The translations under genes were made by a program, and so were the position numbers. The notes under the pieces are model-generated. The model was not told where the DNA came from, made no database searches, and saw nothing but the letters and a program-made list of their open reading frames with translations. A stretch of DNA of 37,787 nt from Ignavibacteriaceae bacterium (GTDB taxonomy: Bacteria > Bacteroidota > Ignavibacteria > Ignavibacteriales > Ignavibacteriaceae): NCBI GenBank assembly GCA_031292465.1, contig JARLHB010000258.1, positions 1 through 37,787 of the forward strand, in the 5' to 3' direction. Shown one piece after another: positions 16,389 to 25,166 of this stretch. The number at the start of each line of letters is the position of its first letter. Position 1 is the stretch's first letter.

Positions 16389-18134
16389 CTATACCTGTGG
16401 AAGTGAGAAAATAAAAGTACTGCCTTTACCTAATTCGCTTTCCACCCTGATTTTTCCATTAAGTTTGTCTAAAATTTCTTTGCACAGCACCATACCAATG
16501 CCGCTGCCTTTCTCGTCTGCAGTACCCGTAGTTGAATACTTCATATCAAGGCGAAACAAATTCTGTATGGCTTCCGGAGGGATTCCTATGCCTGTGTCTG
16601 CAACAAAAACTTCAATGCGATTATTATTAGTTTTTGAGTAAATCCTAATTTTATCACCTTCATTAGAAAACTTGATGGCATTAGAGATTAAATTCCTGAA
16701 CAGCAGCTTAATCATAGCAGAATCTCCCAGGGCAGTGTCCTGCTTATTTAATTCGTTAATTAACTTTATGCCTTTTCCACTGGCATTATATTTTAACAAC
16801 TTATAAACCTCTTCGGCTTCGTTATAAAGATTTAATTCTTCAATTTTGGTTTCGAATGAATCCATATTTAATTTGGACCACTCAAGCAAATCTTCAAGAA
16901 ACCTGTATATATTCTTAGTAGTTAAATCAATTTCATTAATAAAACTTTCTTTTTCCAAATCAGGTAATGTCGCAAAATCTTCCTTTAAGATTTCCACAAA
17001 GCCAATTAACCCGCTGAATGGGCTGCGCAGATCATGGGAAAGAATAGAAAAGAACCTGGTTTTAATTTCATTTAATTCAAGAAGGTGCTTTTCTGATTCT
17101 TTTAGCGTCTTCTCATTTATTTTTCTTTCTGTAATATTCCTGAAGATAAAGATTTTTCCCAGGAACTCTCCCTTAAAATTTTTCACCTGAGATATTTTAA
17201 TCTCGATCCACTTATCTTTGCCATTAATTGAAGAAAATATCTCCTGCTCTTTATCGAACTGATCTATTAATAGCTCAGGGAAATATTTTGTAAGAGCTTG
17301 TTGAATATTATCATTGGTGTTAATCTCATTGTTAAATATTTTTAGCGCCGATTGATTAACTTCAATTAGATGATTATCCGTATCCGTTACTATTATTCCT
17401 TCGGCAAGGTCGGAAAAAATTAATCCCTGCGCTATCGGAGCAATATTCCGGCGATCAAGTTTTAAATAACCAAAAACAATTAAGAAGGCGGAAATTGTAA
17501 AAAAGAAGATATCGGGGTTAAAGCCTTTTATCGGGCCCGATCCGATATAGTAAAGAGCATCACCAAACCGCGGAATACAAACAGCAATAATCAGAATGAA
17601 ATTCTGAGTACGGTAACCCTTTGGAAAATCAATAGCTTCTTTTATAAGCAGGACTGCCCCCACGGCCAATAATATATAAGAATATCCAATACTTAAGAAA
17701 AATAAAATTCCATGTTTATATATGGCTATAATACCATAAGGGCTGCCGGACAATGATACGTCAGTCCATATAAACTTATGCAATTCATTAGTCCAGACAA
17801 GGGCTAAAATTATTATTGGAAGTATCCAGATAAGCTTGTATGCTTTTACAACCTTATATCTTTGGGAAGAAGCAATGGCAAAAAAGAACCAGAAGTTGGC
17901 AACGCAAGCCGTTCCGAAAAAAGAGATTTTTGCAAATAAGACTTTGGTACTTAGAATTGTAGAAGATAATTCTAAGACGCTGGATATGTCCCATAACAAG
18001 CAAGCAAAAAGGGCATAAGCAAAAAATCTTGCGCCGGCCGTTTTCTTTAAATTCCACGTATAAAGAAATAAGGCGCATATAAAAAGAGTGTTTAATACCA
18101 GCCCGAAAATATAACTGTTAAATTGTAGTGTCAT
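16389..18134 (-). CDS. Sensor histidine kinase: N-terminal polytopic (7TM-type) domain, PAS, HisKA, HATPase_c
   Basis: The first ~225 aa contain about seven hydrophobic spans. A PAS-like segment follows, ending in IFIFRNITERK. H-box FFSILSHDLRSP, N-box NLISNAIKFS, G-boxes DTGIGIP and GSGIGM. Confidence 0.85.
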   Translation of the reverse strand: MTLQFNSYIFGLVLNTLFICALFLYTWNLKKTAGARFFAYALFACLLWDISSVLELSSTILSTKVLFAKISFFGTACVANFWFFFAIASSQRYKVVKAYKLIWILPIIILALVWTNELHKFIWTDVSLSGSPYGIIAIYKHGILFFLSIGYSYILLAVGAVLLIKEAIDFPKGYRTQNFILIIAVCIPRFGDALYYIGSGPIKGFNPDIFFFTISAFLIVFGYLKLDRRNIAPIAQGLIFSDLAEGIIVTDTDNHLIEVNQSALKIFNNEINTNDNIQQALTKYFPELLIDQFDKEQEIFSSINGKDKWIEIKISQVKNFKGEFLGKIFIFRNITERKINEKTLKESEKHLLELNEIKTRFFSILSHDLRSPFSGLIGFVEILKEDFATLPDLEKESFINEIDLTTKNIYRFLEDLLEWSKLNMDSFETKIEELNLYNEAEEVYKLLKYNASGKGIKLINELNKQDTALGDSAMIKLLFRNLISNAIKFSNEGDKIRIYSKTNNNRIEVFVADTGIGIPPEAIQNLFRLDMKYSTTGTADEKGSGIGMVLCKEILDKLNGKIRVESELGKGSTFIFSLPQV

Positions 18135-18357
18135 AAAAATATTTTAAATATATAATTGCTTTTTTGAACTCAATGGGCATCGAAATTTAGAACTGTACCA
18201 GAAGGAATATTTTAAATTATACAAGCCATCTATGATAATAATTTGTAAATGTAATAATAATTGAATATCTGTTCAAAGCAGATTATTGTTCGACACATTT
18301 ACCCATTTATTTTTGACAGTAGTGAACCGTTATGCCGGAAATAATGCGATATTAGAT

Positions 18358-20100
18358 TTATTTATGTGGTAGAGAGAATGTAAAAATGCTGCCTTTTCCT
18401 AATTCGCTTTTTACCTTTATTTCCCCATCAAGCTTGTCTAAAATTTCTTTGCACAGCACTAATCCAATGCCGCTGCCTCTTTCATTTGCAGTTCCCGGCG
18501 TAGTGTATTTTGTATCAAGCCTGAATAATTTTTGAAGTGCTTCCTGCGGGATGCCTACGCCTGTATCAGATACTGAAATTTCAATCTTTGAACTATTTGT
18601 TTTTGAATAAACCCTTATTTCACCATCGTTTTGAGAAAATTTAATGGCGTTAGAGATAAGGTTTCTTAATAATAATTTTACCATTGAAGGATCGGCAATC
18701 GCACAATCTTGTTCGTTTAATTCATTAATCAAAACAATACATTTTCTTTTGGCGTTATAGTTTAACAAAGTAAAAACATTTTCAACTTCATTGTATAAAT
18801 TTACAGGCTCTCTATCCATTTGGAAGGATCCCATATTTAGCCTTGACCATTCAAGCAGATCTTCAAGAAAGCTGTAAATATTTTTAACAGTCAGATCAAT
18901 TTCATTAATAAAACTTTCTCTTTCTGAATCCGGCAGCGTTTGGTAGTCTTCTTTAAGAATTTCAACAAATCCAAGCAAACCGCTGAAAGGGCTGCGCAGG
19001 TCATGAGATAGGATAGAGAAAAACCTGTTCTTAATTTCGTTTAATTCACTAAGGTGTTTTTCGGATTGTTTTAGGGTATTCTCAGTCTTTTTTCTTTCGG
19101 TAATATCCCTAAAAATAAATATTTTACCAAGAAGATCACCCCGGAAATTTTTTACCTGAGATACTTTAAATTCATACCAGATATCCTGGTCCCCTCCGGT
19201 TGATGATATTTCCTGCTCTTTATCAAAAAGATCCATTATTAAATTAGGACAAACAGATTTTAAAGCCGGTTCAATGCTGTGGCCGACAGTAAATTTTCCA
19301 TTAAAGATTTCTTCAGCAAATAAGTTGATTTCAACCATGCGGTTATCTCTATCGGTAACAATTATCCCTTCTACTATATTTGAAAAAATAATCTTATGTG
19401 CAATCGGGGTTATTGTAAAAAGTTTAAGGCGCAAATACCCGAAGACTATTAAAACAGCGGATAAAGTAAAGGAGAATGTCCCAAAGTCAAGGCCCTTTAT
19501 AGGGCTTAATCCCATCACATAAAGAATATCGCTAAACCAGGGGATGCAGCAGGCTAAACAAAGAATAAAGCTGTGCGTCCGGTAAATTTTCGGGAAATCC
19601 ATTGCTTCCCTAACGAGTATAACAGTTCCTATTGTTAATAAGATATAAGAATAAATTGCATTTATATAAAATAAGAAACCATGTTTGTATATAGCGATTA
19701 TACCATACGGGGTATTGGTAAGATATACATCAGGCCATATAAGTTTGTGGTATTCGTTAGTTAATGTTGCGATAAAAATAAGAATTGGAACAATCCAGAA
19801 AAGAGGAGAAGGGCGTTTAATTTTAAATTTCTGCGAAAAATTTATTGCGAAAAAAAGCCAGAAGTTAGGGATACTAACTACCCCGATGTACGAAATCTTG
19901 GAGAATAATATTTTGGTCGTTAAAACTGTTGAAGACAATTCAAAAATACAGGCGAAATCCCAAATTGTGCAGGAGAGAAGAAATAAAGCAAAATATTGAA
20001 CACCTGCTGTCTTTCTAAATTTCCAGGTAAACAGGAATAAAATCCCGGCGGATATTGTATTTATTGCCAATGCAAAAACAAACCAGTTATACTGCCACAT
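18358..20100 (-). CDS. Sensor histidine kinase, tandem paralogue of 16389-18134
   Basis: Same architecture and nearly the same length (580 versus 581 aa), collinear throughout. The cytoplasmic half is roughly 70 percent identical by eye and the membrane half clearly less. The two genes share an identical 26-nt run, TTGTCTAAAATTTCTTTGCACAGCAC. Confidence 0.85.
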   Translation of the reverse strand: MWQYNWFVFALAINTISAGILFLFTWKFRKTAGVQYFALFLLSCTIWDFACIFELSSTVLTTKILFSKISYIGVVSIPNFWLFFAINFSQKFKIKRPSPLFWIVPILIFIATLTNEYHKLIWPDVYLTNTPYGIIAIYKHGFLFYINAIYSYILLTIGTVILVREAMDFPKIYRTHSFILCLACCIPWFSDILYVMGLSPIKGLDFGTFSFTLSAVLIVFGYLRLKLFTITPIAHKIIFSNIVEGIIVTDRDNRMVEINLFAEEIFNGKFTVGHSIEPALKSVCPNLIMDLFDKEQEISSTGGDQDIWYEFKVSQVKNFRGDLLGKIFIFRDITERKKTENTLKQSEKHLSELNEIKNRFFSILSHDLRSPFSGLLGFVEILKEDYQTLPDSERESFINEIDLTVKNIYSFLEDLLEWSRLNMGSFQMDREPVNLYNEVENVFTLLNYNAKRKCIVLINELNEQDCAIADPSMVKLLLRNLISNAIKFSQNDGEIRVYSKTNSSKIEISVSDTGVGIPQEALQKLFRLDTKYTTPGTANERGSGIGLVLCKEILDKLDGEIKVKSELGKGSIFTFSLPHK

Positions 20101-20200
20101 TATGAATCAGACGATTATAAATTAAAAACAAAAACTGAAGTATAGAGATTGATTTATAAGACCTTCAGAATAAGAATTAAAAAAACACTTCTAAATTACC

Positions 20201-20258
20201 TTATTTTATTGGAAGTGTAAAAGTAAAAATGCTTCCTGTACAAAATTTACCGGCTGCC
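20201..20258 (-). pseudogene. Relic 3' end of a third histidine-kinase paralogue
   Basis: The minus strand reads AAGKFCTGSIFTFTLPIK-stop. This matches the C-terminus of the adjacent kinase (ELGKGSIFTFSLPHK-stop). No upstream coding continuation exists before the MFS stop at 20328. Confidence 0.5.
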
Positions 20259-20327
20259 TAAACGGGTTACTTCCTATATTATTAACAAAGAGTTAGTTCT
20301 TTTTATAAATACGGAAAGCTTACATAC

Positions 20328-21491
20328 TTATTTCTTATCTGTTTTTAAGAATAAGAAAGCAAAAGCCGTTGCTAAGCTTATTACAGATGATAAAAGGAAT
20401 GGCAATAAAGAACCGAATTTATCCCATAATAATCCGGTAATAAATGAACCCAGCATAGTTGCAAAACTGGAAAGCATAGTCAGCAGCCCGATTGCAGTTC
20501 CCCGGTTGGTATCCGGTATTAAATCAGCCACCCAGGCTTTTGCTACACCTTCTGTTGAAGCGGCAAAAATACCGTAAAGAAGAAAAAGTCCCCAGATCAG
20601 GTATAAATCAGGTGCAATGGCAAAACCGAAATAAACTATAGAAAAGATTACCAATCCCATAATAAACACGCTTTTTTTACCAAACCTGTCTGATAATTTC
20701 CCAAGTGGATAAGAAGTAAATGCGTATATCAGGTTATAAAAGATATAGCCTGATATTGCAAGCGTACTTGAATGAGAAATGCTCTTTGATTTAAGAATCA
20801 GAAAAACATCGCTGCTGTTTACTAATGAAAAAATAGTTATAAGAACTATTATATATTTGAATTGAGTTGAAGAATTCTTCCATAGTGTAGAATAATAGCG
20901 CGGTTCCTTTTGTTTAACAGGGGCGGACTTATCTTTTACAGTTAACGTAAATCCAATTGCAATTATTGAAGGTATAAAAGCAACAAAAAAGATTAGCGCA
21001 AAATTATTCGGATAAAAATGCAGAAGAATTAAAGCACATACCGGCCCGATTGCTGCGCCAAGTGTATCCATTCCTCTATGGAATCCAAATATGGCTCCTG
21101 TATTCTCATTTGCATAGCTTGCAAGCAATGCATCCCTGGGGGCTGTTCTTATTCCTTTACCAATACGGTCAGCTATGCGTGAAAAAATTACTGCGGGAAT
21201 AAACGGGAAAAACCCCGGCAGAGGTTTAACCAATGCAGATAACGAATATCCTATAGTGACAAAGATGGAGCGCTTACCTAATTTATCTGATATTTTACCA
21301 AAATATCCTTTTAACAGCCCGGCAGTAAATTCTGCAATACCTTCTATTATTCCTACCGTAGCCATGGATGCACCAAGCACGGCAGTTAAGAAAATGGGAG
21401 TGACCGGATACAGCATTTCGCTTGCTACATCTGTAAAAAGGCTTACTAAGCCAAGTATTATTACCTGTTTTGGAATTTGTTTAAGTGACAA
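20328..21491 (-). CDS. MFS transporter
   Basis: 387 aa with about 12 hydrophobic spans and MFS-like loop motifs (GKISDKLGKRS, GKLSDRFGKKS). The start codon is TTG with no nearby ATG. Confidence 0.8.
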   Translation of the reverse strand: MSLKQIPKQVIILGLVSLFTDVASEMLYPVTPIFLTAVLGASMATVGIIEGIAEFTAGLLKGYFGKISDKLGKRSIFVTIGYSLSALVKPLPGFFPFIPAVIFSRIADRIGKGIRTAPRDALLASYANENTGAIFGFHRGMDTLGAAIGPVCALILLHFYPNNFALIFFVAFIPSIIAIGFTLTVKDKSAPVKQKEPRYYSTLWKNSSTQFKYIIVLITIFSLVNSSDVFLILKSKSISHSSTLAISGYIFYNLIYAFTSYPLGKLSDRFGKKSVFIMGLVIFSIVYFGFAIAPDLYLIWGLFLLYGIFAASTEGVAKAWVADLIPDTNRGTAIGLLTMLSSFATMLGSFITGLLWDKFGSLLPFLLSSVISLATAFAFLFLKTDKK

Positions 21492-21667
21492 TTTGGTTTT
21501 CTACTTAATATCATTTGAAATAAAAAATCGGAGCCCGGTTTTTTTGAATTTGTTGTGTGCAAAATTAATTAATTCTTTTTAAAGAAAAATTGATGCAGAA
21601 ACTGTACTTTAGTAAGTTTATAGTATAAAAATAGAACAACTTTAATCAAAAAACTAAAGAGGAAAAA

Positions 21668-22423
21668 ATGCGTAGAAAAGTTATTGCCGGCAACTGGAAA
21701 ATGAATAATGATCTATCGGAGTCACAGAACTTAATTTCTCATTTAGTCAGCAGTCTGAGTAAAGAAAAAGTAAATTGTGATGTTATAGTTTGTCCTCCGT
21801 TCACATCTTTAAGCGAAGCAAATTCGCTTTTAAAAAATTCTGTTATAAAACTTGGCGCACAGAATATGTACTTTGAAGAAAGCGGCGCTTTTACCGGAGA
21901 GATATCTGCATCGATGTTAAAAAGTACAGGATGCGAATATGTTATTCTGGGCCATTCCGAAAGAAGAACTATTTTCGGAGAGACGGATCAGGTAATTAAC
22001 AAAAAAATTAAGAAAGCATTACAGAGCGGTTTGTTGCCTATCTTCTGTGTTGGTGAAACCCTTCAGGAAAGAGAAAGCGGAGTTACCAATGATATTATTA
22101 AAAGACAGGTTGTTGAAGGATTGAAGGATATTTCTTCAGACGATATGAAAAAAATAATCGTAGCTTACGAACCCGTTTGGGCAATCGGTACAGGAAAAAC
22201 AGCAACACCTCAGCAGGCAGAAGACGTTCATGCCTTTATTCGTGGATTAGTTAAGTCATTATATTCAAATGAAATAGCTGAAAACTTAATTATCCAGTAT
22301 GGCGGAAGCGTTAAACCGGATAATGCAAATGTACTTTTATCCCAGGCAGATATAGACGGAGCGTTGGTTGGTGGCGCCTGTTTAAAGGCTGATTCCTTCA
22401 TGGGGATTATAAAAGCAGCTTAA
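21668..22423 (+). CDS. tpiA: Triosephosphate isomerase
   Basis: Motifs AGNWKMN, GHSERR, AYEPVWAIGTG and YGGSV. An AAGAGGA Shine-Dalgarno sequence lies upstream. Confidence 0.95.
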   Translation: MRRKVIAGNWKMNNDLSESQNLISHLVSSLSKEKVNCDVIVCPPFTSLSEANSLLKNSVIKLGAQNMYFEESGAFTGEISASMLKSTGCEYVILGHSERRTIFGETDQVINKKIKKALQSGLLPIFCVGETLQERESGVTNDIIKRQVVEGLKDISSDDMKKIIVAYEPVWAIGTGKTATPQQAEDVHAFIRGLVKSLYSNEIAENLIIQYGGSVKPDNANVLLSQADIDGALVGGACLKADSFMGIIKAA

Positions 22424-22448
22424 CTTATTGTAATATAAGAGATTAAGC

Positions 22449-22484
22449 GGGGCGGGCAATCGTTTTTCCGGTTAAAACCGCCCC
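22449..22484 (+). terminator. Hairpin after tpiA (possible terminator)
   Basis: GGGGCGG pairs with CCGCCCC (7 bp) around a 22-nt loop. There is no clear trailing T-run. Confidence 0.3.
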
Positions 22485-22517
22485 AATTATAACATTGATT
22501 TCCCCTCCTTTCTTTAG

Positions 22518-22525
22518 TATATTTG
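22518..22525 (+). promoter_or_regulatory. TATATTTG box (TAnnTTTG-type) upstream of the GH2-like gene
   Basis: The exact octamer lies 37 nt upstream of the ATG at 22562 and is identical to the box at 8410-8417. Confidence 0.3.
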
Positions 22526-22561
22526 TCAGATTAATTTTCATAAATAGGACGCTATTCACGG

Positions 22562-25159
22562 ATGGGATTTCCCAAATATATCTTCATTGCTTTTCTCTTA
22601 TTATTAACTTGCTTAACTAAATCCATTTCAGGACAAATTGTTTTTAAGGAGTTACCGGATTACCAGGTAAAAAATTCGGATTCCTCATTTTTTGATATTG
22701 GCTCTACAAGGTCAATTATTCCATTAGACGGATCCTGGAGTGTATATCCCCCAAATTCTAAGGAAGATGAAAAAGTCTCAGTTTCGGTCCCATCTATATT
22801 CAAAGGTGAGGGCGAACTGGTTTTTGATAAATATTTTACCTTATCAAAAAACGATATACAAAATCATAGAATGAAGCTTGTATTCCTCGGATTGAATTAC
22901 ACTGCCGATATCTCGGTAAACGGAGTAATTATTTTCAGGCATTCCGGCGGGGAGTTTCCTTTCCAGTTTGATTTACCAAGAGATATTCTAAAATCCGACA
23001 GAAGAAATGTTTTGTCTGTAAGATTATTTTATAAATTAGATTCTGAAAATACCATCCCTTTGAAGCAAAGATTTTTATTCCCCCAGAATTTTGGCGGAAT
23101 TGTTAGGGATGTATATATTCAGCTTTTACCTAACGTATGTATTTCCGACCTTAACCTTTTATCAAATTATGAACCCGGCTCAGGCAGGGCAAGGATAAAT
23201 ATATATTCGAAAGTTTACAACAGTGAATTTGCAAAATCTGCAGATTCGCTTGCTTCACAAAATCAATTTGTTTTAAGGGTTAAGTTTGTTTCTCCTAATG
23301 GCGGTTCGGTATTTTCAACTTCAGATTATTCATTTCAATTAATCCCTAACAGGGAACGGAATATATCTCAGGCAATTGACTTAATTTCTCCGGCACTCTG
23401 GTCTCCGTCTAATCCGCAGTCATACAGCGTATATTTTGAGTTATGGAACGGCAGCACTCTAATTGACAGGGCAAAGCGTACGTTGGCAGTGTTTTCTCTA
23501 AAATCCGGTAATAATTCCGTGTTCCTAAACGGACAGGCTTTTGTGCTTAACGGAGTAACTTTTGTCCCTTCTTCCCCCGAATTCGGCAGTATGTCTGCTT
23601 ATGATTCGATGGAAAAAGATATTAAAATGATTAAGGAATTGGGGTTTAATTGTGTCAGATTTACAAAGTCTACCCCGAATCCTTATTACCTGAGCCTTTG
23701 TGAAAAGTACGGGCTTATTGCTTTCATAGAACTGCCGCTGGCTTCAATACCGGAACAATTGGCGCTGGATCAAAATTTTATTAACCGCTGTAGAAATTAT
23801 CTTTCCAATTTTATTACTGCTTACCAAAGATATTCAGCCATAGGTGCAATCGGGTTGGGTGATTCGTATCTGCCAAAATCAGATGCACATATTGCTTTAA
23901 TAAAAGAGCTTGCCGGAATAATTAAATCCAACACTTATAAGATGGTTTATGCCTCTTTTGATGGATTCGATATTTCACCTATAAGCAACGTAGATTTATA
24001 TGGCATAGAACTATTTAACAGTTCAATAAATTCGATTTCAGACAAATTGAAACAGCTGCAAAGCGATTTAGGCGCCGGTAAAGTTTTTATAAGCAGCGCT
24101 ACATACATTGTTAATGTTGGCAATACAAACGGATATGTTAATGACCATTCGTTTGAGGCACAGGCTAAATTCTTTGAGGACTTAATTGAATATGCCGGAA
24201 ACAATCCTTTAGCCGGTTATTTTATAAATAGTATGTTTGATTACCGCGGTGATTTTGCTTCGCTTTCTGCCGGTTATAGTAAGGACAATATTTACCAGAT
24301 AGGCATTTGCGATGAAGAAAGAGGTACGGACAGATTAGGGTATAAAGTAATTTCTTCACTTCTTCACAATACCGAAAAAGTTACAATTCCTATCGGCACT
24401 AAAAAAGATGATGCGCCAATGATATTTATTCTGGTAGGCCTGCTTCTGGCGCTTGGTATTGGCATACTGGTAAACTCAGGCAGAAAATTTAGGGAAGATT
24501 CTTCCAGAGCTTTATTAAGACCGTATAATTTTTATGCAGACGTCCGTGACCAAAGGATTATGTCGGGTTACCATACTACGATTCTTGCCGTAATAGTTTC
24601 TGCTGTTACATCGCTTTTAGTATGTAATTTATTGTTCTATTTTAGAGAAAGCATAGTTTTTGAAAAACTACTTTTAGCTTTTGGCAGTACAAAAATATTA
24701 AGAATAACCAGTTTTCTTGCATGGCATCCTACCGGCGCATTAATTTTATTTGCCGGAATCTGCATAGCAGTATTACTTATTATTACGCTGATTGTAAAGG
24801 TTACTTCATTTTTTGTAAGGAACAGGGTTTTTTATTCCAGTGTTTATTTCTCGGTTATTTGGTCATTCCTTCCGTTAATTCTCCTTATTCCAGTCGGAAT
24901 AGTTCTTTATCGCTTATTAGATGCAAATATTGTTAACTTATATATTTATGTTGGCATGGTGCTGTTTGCAGTATGGGTGTTTTACAGATTAATGAAAGGA
25001 GTATACGTTATTTTTGATGTAAATCCCGGAAGCGTATATTTCTATAGCATCCTTTTCATTTTAGTTCTCCTTGGCGGAACTCTACTATACTACCAGATGA
25101 AAAATTCTGTTGTAGATTATCTCCAGCTTACGATTAAACAGTATAATCTTTTTAGGTAA
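22562..25159 (+). CDS. Secreted GH2-like protein (sugar-binding, Ig-like and TIM-barrel-like regions) fused to a C-terminal polytopic membrane domain
   Basis: It has a signal peptide (MGFPKYIFIAFLLLLTCLTKSISG). The N-terminal region follows the GH2 sugar-binding pattern (DGSWSV...LVFLGLNYTADISVNG...GGEFPFQFD). The TIM-barrel-like block reads NGVTF...IKELGFNCVRFTKSTPNPYYLSLCEKYGLIAFIELP. From about 24412 to the end there are five to six hydrophobic helices. Confidence 0.6.
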   Translation: MGFPKYIFIAFLLLLTCLTKSISGQIVFKELPDYQVKNSDSSFFDIGSTRSIIPLDGSWSVYPPNSKEDEKVSVSVPSIFKGEGELVFDKYFTLSKNDIQNHRMKLVFLGLNYTADISVNGVIIFRHSGGEFPFQFDLPRDILKSDRRNVLSVRLFYKLDSENTIPLKQRFLFPQNFGGIVRDVYIQLLPNVCISDLNLLSNYEPGSGRARINIYSKVYNSEFAKSADSLASQNQFVLRVKFVSPNGGSVFSTSDYSFQLIPNRERNISQAIDLISPALWSPSNPQSYSVYFELWNGSTLIDRAKRTLAVFSLKSGNNSVFLNGQAFVLNGVTFVPSSPEFGSMSAYDSMEKDIKMIKELGFNCVRFTKSTPNPYYLSLCEKYGLIAFIELPLASIPEQLALDQNFINRCRNYLSNFITAYQRYSAIGAIGLGDSYLPKSDAHIALIKELAGIIKSNTYKMVYASFDGFDISPISNVDLYGIELFNSSINSISDKLKQLQSDLGAGKVFISSATYIVNVGNTNGYVNDHSFEAQAKFFEDLIEYAGNNPLAGYFINSMFDYRGDFASLSAGYSKDNIYQIGICDEERGTDRLGYKVISSLLHNTEKVTIPIGTKKDDAPMIFILVGLLLALGIGILVNSGRKFREDSSRALLRPYNFYADVRDQRIMSGYHTTILAVIVSAVTSLLVCNLLFYFRESIVFEKLLLAFGSTKILRITSFLAWHPTGALILFAGICIAVLLIITLIVKVTSFFVRNRVFYSSVYFSVIWSFLPLILLIPVGIVLYRLLDANIVNLYIYVGMVLFAVWVFYRLMKGVYVIFDVNPGSVYFYSILFILVLLGGTLLYYQMKNSVVDYLQLTIKQYNLFR

Positions 25160-25166
25160 TATATAA

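Noticed and set aside
16846-19999. Plus-strand and alternative-frame ORFs inside the two histidine-kinase genes (16846-17190, 17836-18018, 17854-18078, 19274-19522, 19685-19999)
   Set aside because: They are embedded in genes with a complete set of kinase motifs, and they have no motifs or start signals of their own.
21175-21582. 135-aa plus-strand ORF overlapping the 5' end of the MFS gene
   Set aside because: It is antisense to a 12-TM transporter, and nothing recognisable is present in its sequence.
21492-21667. A6-CGG-AGC-CCG-T7 symmetric element (about 21524-21548) as a bidirectional terminator
   Set aside because: It lies between divergently transcribed genes (MFS and tpiA), so there is nothing for it to terminate. 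The GC stem is only 3 bp long. It may be part of a leader or promoter, but the evidence is too thin.
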